Below are positions 54,141-64,000 of a stretch of DNA of 64,000 nt, in pieces. The notes below the pieces were generated by a model. It had not been told where the DNA came from and made no database searches. It saw nothing but the letters and a program-made list of their open reading frames with translations. The first letter of the stretch is position 1, and the number at the start of each line of letters is the position of its first letter. This DNA comes from Eledone cirrhosa (lineage: Eukaryota), in the NCBI GenBank assembly GCA_964016885.1, contig OZ024742.1, positions 81,344,001 to 81,408,000 on the forward strand, read 5' to 3'. The translations under genes and the position numbers were made by a program.

Positions 54141-54381
54141 TTACACGGCTCAGAAATATTCTTCCTTTGAGCTATTTCATTGTAAAAGACTGCCTGAGAT
54201 TTGAACTCATTATTATTGATATATATATATATATATATATATATGCAAACGCACAAGCATATATATATATGCTTGTGCGTTTGCATATATATATATATAT
54301 ATATATCAATAGTAATGAGTTCAAATCTCAGGCAGTCTTTTACAATGAAATAGCTCAAAGGAAGAGTATTTCTGAGCCGTG

Positions 54382-54386
<5 letters not shown>
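54139..54386. repeat. Near-perfect palindrome centred on a short (TA)n
   Basis: tattacacggctcag...tgcaaacgcacaagc(at)n gcttgtgcgtttgca...ctgagccgtgtaata. Confidence 0.9.
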
Positions 54387-54443
<57 letters not shown>

Positions 54444-54582
54444 TTACATACACACAGGAACTGATGACCAAATAATGTTTGGTACCAATGGGTTAAAACC
54501 ATCTGTCAAATAAATTAGTGGTGCAAGTGGTATATACACACACGCACACACCCACACACCCACACAACCACACACACGCACA

Positions 54583-54690
<108 letters not shown>

Positions 54691-55940
54691 TATATAATGC
54701 CAAACATTGTAAGTTTGAATGTGACATACAATAACATATAGATATGATTAAAGTAAGCCCAAAACATAGGAGATTCAAATATCACAGAGACAAAGAGAGC
54801 GCGAAGGTGGGGTCGAGAAATTCGGTGCAGCAGAAATGAAACATTGAATACAATCTGAAATATACCCTAGATTGATGACAAACAAAACGAGGATGCAGTT
54901 TATGGAACACCCAAATGTTTAGAAGTTGACCTTCAGTAGGAGCAATAACGTTAAGAAAGACAGGATTAACACCACATCAATGTGTTTGGAAAATTTTGAA
55001 AGTATGTTTTTAAGTATCAATTTTCATAAGATTTCGTAGTTGTCAGTGTGGCCTAGCGTTTAGCATTAGAGACGGTGGAGATCCTAGCCTTGGGTTCAAT
55101 ATTGTTCAATGAGTACATATATACTTTCTCAATTTTAATTTTACATAGAAAAAAAATTGAAAATGCTTAGCGGGAACCCTACTCTAGACCAGAATCACCA
55201 CCGTATGGTGATTCCTCCAACTAGGCCACCGAGACAGCTACAAAAGTATAATGAAAATTAATAAATATAAACCTACTTTCAAAATCGAAGTTAAAAGATG
55301 TGGTATCGTTCATTGGTTTCCTAGAGGTATTAGTCACATTTAGAGTCGACTTGTCAAACGTCTAGCTCTTTGGAAACAACCTAACTATTCATATCTGTCG
55401 TTAACTATTGAATTAAGGACTATCAGTCATCAGTGATCTTCTGGCTAACATTGGTATTTCTTCGCATTAAAGACCAGATACCTCAAGCCAGTGCGAGCAA
55501 TAACTAAAATAAGTTATTGGATACAAAGAATGGGGTGGAGTAAGAGAGACATGTAAACAAACAAAATGGTATGGCAACGTAAAAAGAGGAGATAAGGAAA
55601 CTAGTCAGTGATACATTGTGAACTTAAGTTCTAGCAAATCAATGACGAGAAGAACAGACGCGTCCAAACCCAGCGAAATGTAATCGAGAAAAGGATTTTA
55701 CACTGCTCAGGCGGAAGGAAGTAGGTGAGGGGGAGTATCAGAGTGGGAGTGTGTGAAAGTGTGAGGAAGAGACCAGCCTAGCGAGGGTGACCAGCAGAGG
55801 GGGTTAATGAAAGTAAGAGATGCAAAGAGAGAAAAGAGGGAGAGAGAAAGAGGATATCAGTAAGGCGATAGAAACAGACAGGTCATAGCGGAGGGAAAAA
55901 TTATTTATGAATGAAAAATGGCGTGCTGCGTTGTTTTGAA

Positions 55941-56010
<70 letters not shown>

Positions 56011-56166
56011 ATGTATATATATATATAACGGAGGAGTTGTGGTAAGGAGCCAGATGAACCATAACGCACCAGAGTACTCAATACTTACTTTAGTCCAGAA
56101 ATATCCGTAGAAACGGCTGGAGCTCTGCCGACGAGGTCATACTTTGTCATATATATATATATATAA

Positions 56167-56280
<114 letters not shown>

Positions 56281-56310
56281 ACATGTGGAGTATATATATA
56301 TATATATATA

Positions 56311-57782
56311 TGGAGAGGGTAATATTTGTGTAATAATATTGCCAGAATTAATAATAGAACACACTTACTGTTTGGTTGGTTTTCGCTTGTGTATCTTTTA
56401 TATCAGTTAATTTAATTTACTCGGCCTCAATGTTACCATTGACTGGCCTACGGTCAAAAATGCATATATAATATAGACAAAAACACAAACACATCAACCG
56501 CATGCAGTTCTCTGGCTACAACCAAAGAGACAGAATCAGAGTATACGAAGGAGCCACGGAGAAGTATAAGACCCTCATAGAAGTGGACATGAAAGTAATT
56601 TTCCCATTATACAGGAGCAAATCATGGAATAGCTTAGATAGGAGTAGAGTTAAGATAGGGAATACCACCTCATGGTACGACAACCAGAGATACCAGAGTG
56701 TCATGTTCGTGGACGCTACTCAAGGAGGGAAATTAGCTAACCAGTGTAGAAAGGCCCTAAGAAAGACCCACTTAAAGATTATGGTGGTAGAAAAGCCAGG
56801 AACCACCATAAAATCCCTGATAAGCAAAACCTACCCTTTTAAGAAAACCCACTTTACTAATAGGAAATGTATTATATGTAAAGTAAACCCCCGGATAAAC
56901 TGTAAAACTAGAAACGTAGTCTGTAGCATAAGATGTACAGAGGGTACGTGCAGAAACATGACAACAACATACATAGGCGAAACAGCTCGTAGCATAGATG
57001 AAAGGACTGGCGGGAACTAAAAGGACGAAAAAACGGTTAGTGCTATACGAACACGCCAGACAACAACAACGACGGTAAAATAGACAACATAGAAATTAAG
57101 ATAATATCTAAACATAGAAATGACCCAGCAGATAGGCAAATCAGAGAGGCCTGCGAAATAGAACTTAGAAGGCAAAAGCTAAACCGAAAAATGAATGGAA
57201 TAACAACAACACCCAAACAAAGAATACTGACCTAAGAGAAGTATAAATAAATAAATAAATAAATAAATACATACAAAAGCACCATAACAACAAACACATA
57301 TACACACACACTAGTAAACTAAGATAGAATACCATAACCGAAACACAGTCACCCAAACACGAACACACCTCAAACACTATACACACACGCAAACGCATGC
57401 GCAGAGAAGAACACAACAATAAATAAATAAATAGATAAATAAAGGGATTAAATAAAGATGGCGTAGACATACAATACAACAGGGGAAACATAATAGAACC
57501 ACTGACGATGTTGCAGAAGTGCAACGAAAAAAACTTTGTTAGACTAAATATATGTGTTTGTGTCTATATTATATATGCATTTTGACAGTTGGTCAGTCCA
57601 TGGTAACATTGAGGACCAAGTAAATTAAATTAACTGATATAAAAATACAGATGCGAAAACCAACCAAATTGTGAGTGTGTTCTATTTTTAATTATGGCAA
57701 TATTATTACCAAAATATGACCCTCCCCAAGTATAACAATATTTGTTTCGACACATGATTTCATATAAAAATCCTCGCAAACT
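56311..57782 (+). mobile_element. PLE family 2, 5'-truncated, with inverted pLTR at the 5' end
   Basis: ORF 56502-57020 (MQFSGY...YIGETARS); 56311-56490 is the reverse complement of 57550-57726; hammerhead ctgacgatgttgcagaagtgcaacgaaa at 57502. Confidence 0.88.
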
Positions 57783-57799
57783 ATATATGTATACATATA

Positions 57800-57857
<58 letters not shown>

Positions 57858-57957
57858 TATATGTATACATATATAGTTTGCGAGGATTTTTATATGAAAT
57901 CATGTGTCGAAACAAATATTGTTATACTTGGGGAGGGTCATATTTTGGTAATAATAT
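57700..57957. repeat. Perfect fold-back of the PLE 3' end around (TA)n
   Basis: atattattacc...cctcgcaaactatatatgtatac and its exact reverse complement. Confidence 0.9.
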
Positions 57958-57959
57958 AT

Positions 57960-58115
57960 TATATATGTGCATGTATACATATATATATATATATATATGT
58001 ATACATGCACATATATAATGCCAATCACTGTTAGTTTGAATCTGACATGCAAAAACATATATATGAATAAAAAGCGCACAGAGAAAGAGAAATAGATATA
58101 TAGACAGATAGATAG

Positions 58116-58150
<35 letters not shown>

Positions 58151-58184
58151 GATAGAGAGAGAGAGAGAGAGAGATAGAGAGAGT

Positions 58185-58261
<77 letters not shown>

Positions 58262-58690
58262 AAGAGAAATGAAGGGCAACAAACCATGGATTACAGTGTA
58301 AAATATATTCTAGATAGATGAGAATAACAAAACGAGGATGTAGTGTATGGAACACCCAAATGATTTAGAAGTCGACCTGAAGTAGGAGCTATAACATTAA
58401 GAAAGATAGGAACAACACCACATCATTTTGTTTGGAACATTTTGTAAGTAGATTTATAAGTATCAATTTTCATAAGGTTTACGTAGTTGTGTCCGTGGCC
58501 TAGCGGTAGATACGAGAGACGGTTGACATCCTGGTGTTGGGCTCAATCCTTGTCAAGAGGTACATGTAGTTTTGTTCAGCTTTTATTTTACATAGGAAAA
58601 TACTGAAAAGGTTTACCAGGAAATGTAAATGATAGCATTGTATGGGTAGGTGGGTCCCCTTCATCTTCAACCAATATTTTTAGAACTAGT
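57960..58690 (-). repeat. Old local segmental duplicate (copy C)
   Basis: Homologous to 54695-55170 (direct) and 35920-36980 (inverted). Confidence 0.7.
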
Positions 58691-58714
58691 CCACCACTAT
58701 ATACACGGAGTAAA

Positions 58715-58850
58715 AGCGTGTGGCTGAGTGGTTAGAGAATTGGATTCGCAATCGTGAGGGTGTGAGTTCGATTCCTGGAACGGGCGATGCGTTATGTCCT
58801 TTGCACGACACTTTATTTCACGCTGCTCCTTCTACCTGGAGTTGCGACCA
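58715..58850 (+). mobile_element. SINE family B with tRNA-like head
   Basis: gcgtgtggctgagtggttag (A box)...gagttcgattcc (B box)...gacactttatttcacgctgctcc. Confidence 0.8.
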
Positions 58851-58947
58851 ATAGATAGTATTGGCAGTTGAAAAAAACAACGGAAATATTGATTCCTCTG
58901 TCCGATTTCAGGAAAGTCAATCGACTCTTAATATATATATATATATA

Positions 58948-59010
58948 CTGCCGCTCATTCCGAATTTTGTTTATCGTGAACTCGTGCGCCGATTTTTCGA
59001 TACTCGATCA

Positions 59011-59053
<43 letters not shown>

Positions 59054-59089
59054 TTACACACACACACACACACACACACATACACACAT

Positions 59090-59144
<55 letters not shown>

Positions 59145-59253
59145 CATATATATATTCATATATATATATATATATATATATATAGTAGAATAATAGAGTA
59201 TCGAAAAATCGGCGCACGAGTTGACGATAAACAAAATTCGACATGAGTGGCAG
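58948..59253. repeat. Palindrome with ~68-bp arms around (TA)n/(CA)n
   Basis: ctgccgctcattccgaattttg...cattcta and tagaat...caaaattcgacatgagtggcag. Confidence 0.85.
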
Positions 59254-60609
59254 AGGGCTCAATAATTCAGATAAATCAGAGCTATAACTGTCGTTAAAAT
59301 ACCAACACACATAGATTATGTCTAAAATCAACCATACGACAGAAAAATTACGATCAGGAAGATTCGGGTCACTCAGATAAAATATCAATAAATCAATAAA
59401 TCATATGAATGTATATATATATATATATTCATATATATATATATTCATGTATATATATATATATATATATGTACATATGCATATATATATATGTTTTAAA
59501 AGCGAAAATAAATCAAATTGTACTTGACATTAATCAAAGAATCTCTGGAGATCTTCTTCAAATATTAATTTGTTTTGAAATTACATCTACTAATTGTCTG
59601 CTATTCATATATTTAAATATCCGCCGAAATATGTGTTAATTATGTTGTGTTCATTCCCCAAATCCTTCATGGAATGTTTCAGCATTTTCTAAAAATGTTC
59701 AATAAAGTATTAAATGTAATCTCTAAATATATAAAACGGTAGATGTCTGTCTGTGTGTGTGTATGATTTTTATGCATTTCCACATTTCTCTACCTATTTT
59801 GATGAAATGTTTTCCAATGTGCTCCAACTTTACCAGGGCAGGTCAACACGGAATTATTCTGGCCAAAGAGTTCCTGCTTCTATGAAAAAAAATCGATAAA
59901 ACTAAATACATGCTGTAACCCTCTCTCTTACACGCTTCATTCCTCTCACTACTACCATCAAAAATACATGAAATACATACATGTTGCAACTCCCTTTAAA
60001 AGGTTCATGGTTTCCTCTACTCCACTCTCAATCTCCTCTGCAACTCTCTTTAAAAGGTTCATCACTCTCTCTACTCCCCACTCAATCTCCTCTGCAACTC
60101 TCTTTAAAAGATTACTGCCTCCGTATACTACCCTATCGCCATTAGAGTTTAGAACAACGACACAACTTCTTTTGAAGGAACATGACACAAACTTTGAAAC
60201 CTAAACAACAAACAGTCATAATGACACTCATACATCAAATATCAAAATTTAAAAAGCCGATAACACTAAATACATACTGCTCCCTCAACGTTACATTTTA
60301 CACACTTACATTTTACATCAAATTAATAAATATTCAAAAGCAACAGATGAATTTATAAAACAAGAAACGTAACAATAACGACGCTTAAGCATTATTTACA
60401 AGATTTTCAACAAAGACATATTTTATTGTTGTCCTTTTTGTAATGTGCATTCTGTGTTTTTCTCAATATGAGAAAAAAATTGGGAAAACTTTTTTCACGG
60501 GATTGTATTCAAAGTCCGGACAATTATTGCTTTTGGTCAGGAGAAGGTCATGAACCAAAAACATTTCAAATCAATCAACAATAAGGGCAAACATCGATCA
60601 TGATCATTC

Positions 60610-60918
60610 CCCCTCTCTATAATTTAACTGCTTTACACTCTTTGTCGCTTTTCACTCCCTATATGACAACACTGCAGAGAGATAAACAATGTATATGATC
60701 AAATGGAGCGCTCCGTATATCCCCCCTATCTATAATTTAACTGCTTTACTCTCTCTGTCGCTCTTCACTCTCTATATGACAACACTGCAGAGAAAGAAAC
60801 AATGTATATGATCAAATGGAGCGTTCCGTATATTCCCCCTCTCTATAATTTAACTGCTTTACTCTCTCTGTCGCTCTTCACTCCCTATATGATAACACTG
60901 CAGTGGAGCGTTCCGTAT
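60610..60918. repeat. ~113-bp minisatellite, about 3 units, within the Helitron
   Basis: tctataatttaactgcttta...aacactgcag occurs three times. Confidence 0.9.
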
Positions 60919-60949
60919 TGACATACGGCTTATCTGGGGCATTTTTTAT

Positions 60950-63845
60950 CGGCTTATTACAAATAGCAACTCGCAAAATAACACTTCATATAACAGATTA
61001 AGGCTATAGACATATGAATCGGAATGTAACCTGTGAACTTGTTCCTGGGCAAAATTTTTCGAACAGACATGACCTCATTGCCAGAGTTTTCACACTGAAC
61101 CTGGATAAACTCATGGCTTTCATAAAAAAGGTCAGGTATTTGGGCTGTAAAATGTGACATGTTCAACGTCGAACGGCAAAAATGAGGGGTGCAACATGCT
61201 CACATTTTGATTTGGTTAGCTGATAAAATCAATTCAAATGCCATAGACGGCTTCATTTCCGCTGAAATCCCTAACCCAGCAACTGACCAGGAATTACATG
61301 ACATCGTCAAAGCTAACATTGTCCGTGTGCGTCGAGTCCTAATGAGCATCACACTTATCTGAAGGGGGGGGGGGGGGGGGGGGTCGTGCAATAAATGTGT
61401 TGACCAGACTCAGACTGGTGGCGACCGGTACCCCCTGTACAGGCAGAGAAGGCCCGAGAACGGTGGCTTTACCACAACAGTAAGGGGGAAGTAAAATCCA
61501 CAATAGATGTTCAACGCCCACATCAACGTTGAGTTGTGTAACTCCGTCAAGTCGATAAAATACATATGCAAATATGTAAATAAGGGCTCTGATGCCGCAA
61601 TGTTCACATTTCAAGCTGAAAATAGTAGGGACGAGGTCACAGAATAACTGGCGAGGCGGTACATCAGTAGCAACGAAGCTTTTTGGCGCCTATTTGGTTT
61701 AGCCCTACACCAACGTCACCCTGCCATCGTACAGCCTGCGATACATTTGGAAAATGGGTAAAGGGTTTACTTTACGGACCAAACCGCCGCCAAGTTGACC
61801 GCCGATCCGAAAAAGACCACTCTGAGGGGTTTCTTCAAACTTTACCAGTTCGATACATTTGCGCAAACAATTGTGTACTCCCATGTTCCATACTACTTTA
61901 TATGGTCGAAAAACACTTGGGTGCGAAGTAAGTCAGGTCAGCTGTCTTGGAAGGGTTTACACTGTGCCCCCAAGTCAGCATGAGTGCTTTCATCTCCGCC
62001 TTCTTCTGCATGAAGGTGTAGACCCACAAAGTTTTCAGGACCTCAAAACTGTTGATAGAGAAATAGGTGATACGTACCGGGAAGCCTGCTTTAAGCGTGG
62101 TCTTTTGGAAGATGATTCGCAATGGCATTCCACTTTAGCAGAGGGTGCTTTGTTGAAATAACCTAAAGGGCTACGGGAACTCTTTGCCATTTTGCTTCAA
62201 AAGTGTGAATTGGGTGATCCCAAATCTTTATGGGTCAAGTACAGAGACTTCTTGATTGAGGACTTCCCGTGGAAGTTGGTTACAGCGATATTATCTACAA
62301 CAGGGCACTCATTGATATCGAGGACGCCCCCCTCGACATGGGTGGGAGTGAGTTGGCGACGTATGGCTTGCCGTCAACCGTCAGAGAGAAAGCTAACATG
62401 TTGGCCTCGGATTTGTTGCGGGAAACAGTATATGACATCGAATCTCTTTCCCAATGCTTAGAGGAAAATGAGCCCAAACCTCTGTCGGACCAAAGGTTGG
62501 CCTGTTTAACTATATCATTGACGCGGTTCAAAATCAGACTGTGGGTATTTACTTTCTTGATGTTCTTGGGGGTACCGGAAAAACTTATGTAACGAAATTG
62601 ATTCTCGCTAAGATTCGTCAGGAGAAAAAAATTGCGTTGGCCGTTGCATCGTCCGGGATCGCTGCTTCTTTGCTGCCGGGAGGCAGGACAGCACGTTCAA
62701 CCTTTAATAAACTCCCCTTGGATTTAGTAAAAACTGAGACACCAACATGCGACATCAGCAAGAGTTCACACGAAGCTTTGGTTCTCAAAAAATGTTGCCT
62801 CATTGTTTGGGATGAGTGCACAGTGGCACACAAGTGTGCCCTTGAGGCATTGGACAGAACCCTGGAAGACATTAGGGATTCTACAGCTCCTATGGGTGGC
62901 GTAACCGTTCTGCTATCGGAATTTTCGGCAAATGCTGCCTGTCATCCCCAAAGGGACAAGAGCTGATGAAGTGCGTGCCTGCCTTAAATCGTCCCTGTTG
63001 TGGCTCCAGGTGAAGAGTTTGTACCTGAGCACAAATATGCGTGCTCATTTGCATGGTGACAACATCTGCAGCATTTGCTCAGAATATTTTAACACTTGGT
63101 GAGGGCAAGGTCCCTGCTGATGACAGGGGCGGCATGGCAATCGACTCCCTGTGCAACATTGTGAACAGCCCTTCTGACCTGTGGGAAGCAGTTTTTCCTA
63201 ATGTCTCATCTAACTTTAAAAACCTCGATTTACTCAGCGAAAGAGCCATCATCGCTTCGAAAAATACCATGGTTAATTTTATTAACGAGCAGCTGATTGA
63301 GAAGATTCCCAGTAAAGAACACATCTTCAAATCTATCGAGCGGACATCAGACCCCGAGGATATCGTTAATTATCCGTTTGAATTATTAAATTCCCTTGAG
63401 ACCCCAGGGCTTCCACCTCACATTCTTAAGCTTAGGGTTGGCTGTCCCATTATGCTAATAAGGAACTTGTGTCAACCAAAGCAGTGCAACGCTACTCGCA
63501 TGGTCGTCAAGTCACTGACGCCCCACTTGATTGAGGCCACCATTGTAACGGAGTGCGGGAGAGAGGAAAATGTTTTCATTCCAAGGATGAACCTTTTCCG
63601 CTCAACTCAGATATCCCGTTCGATTTCCGGCGATCCCAATTCCCGGTGAGATCATGTTTTGCCATGTCCATTAACAAGTCACAAGGGCAAACATTGTCGG
63701 TGGCGCGCATCCATTTGGTGGAGCCATGCTTCTCCCATGGCCAACTTTATGTTGCCTGTTCCCGCGTAGGGAGCAGAAATGGACTGTTTGCTTACACTTC
63801 TGAAGGGATGACACGCAATATCGTCTACAAAGAGGTGCTAGAGAT
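60950..63845 (+). pseudogene. Helitron Rep plus PIF1-family helicase pseudogene
   Basis: FLDVLGGTGKT, AVASSGIAASLLPGGRTA, IVWDE, GLPPHILKLRVGCPIMLIRNL, RSQFPVRSCFAMSINKSQGQT, FSHGQLYVACSRV; multiple stops and frameshifts. Confidence 0.92.
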
Positions 63846-64000
63846 GTTGGTGCAGATGTTGGAGGTGTTGGAGCTCTGCCGTCTGGAAAACTGGTAGGAT
63901 CACCCATAGCGGACAGATCTGACACCCAGCGGCATCTGGATAACCATCTTGCAACTTTGGTCTACTAAATTCGCTATTGGAAGATTATTTACCCATCATT

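Larger units (their letters stand above)
59720..63845 (+). mobile_element. Decayed Helitron (RepHel)
   Basis: 5' end TCtctaaatatataaaa...atgtctgtctgtgtg; Rep motif VERQK*GVQHAHILIWL, AHINVELCNSVKSIKYICKYVNKGSD, and PIF1 motifs downstream. Confidence 0.88.

Noticed and set aside
58715-58790. tRNA gene
   Set aside because: The A/B boxes run into a SINE body shared with 10040 and 35430, and there is no convincing cloverleaf.
60610-60918. CRISPR-like array
   Set aside because: Whole units repeat with no unique spacers, the context is eukaryotic and there are no cas genes.
62541-63897. Host PIF1 helicase gene
   Set aside because: It is intronless, frameshifted and preceded by Helitron Rep motifs.

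Overview
AT-rich, microsatellite-saturated eukaryotic DNA with no intact host gene. It is most likely from an octopod cephalopod, inferred from the SINE families and the (TA)n/(CA)n density. The window is dominated by Penelope-like retroelements (PLEs: RT plus GIY-YIG, with hammerhead ribozymes in the pLTR), including two multi-kb head-to-head inverted dimers. It also holds RTE, CR1/L2-group and CRE-like LINE fragments, two tRNA-derived SINE families, a mariner-type MITE and a decayed Helitron. Nearly all ORF-track entries are microsatellite translations. Three signals stand out. (1) A ~430-bp-arm palindrome (50561-51423) has arms that differ almost only by directional transitions giving G-U pairs on the minus strand, with ADAR-like neighbour bias. 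It looks like a genomic retrocopy of an A-to-I hyper-edited hairpin RNA, and it lies inside an inverted-repeat element with an intact hammerhead on the same strand. (2) A 431-bp tandem dimer carries minimal hammerheads (retrozyme-like). (3) Fold-back elements bearing hammerhead motifs and anchored in (TA)n tracts recur across the window. All alignments were done by eye and coordinates are approximate.
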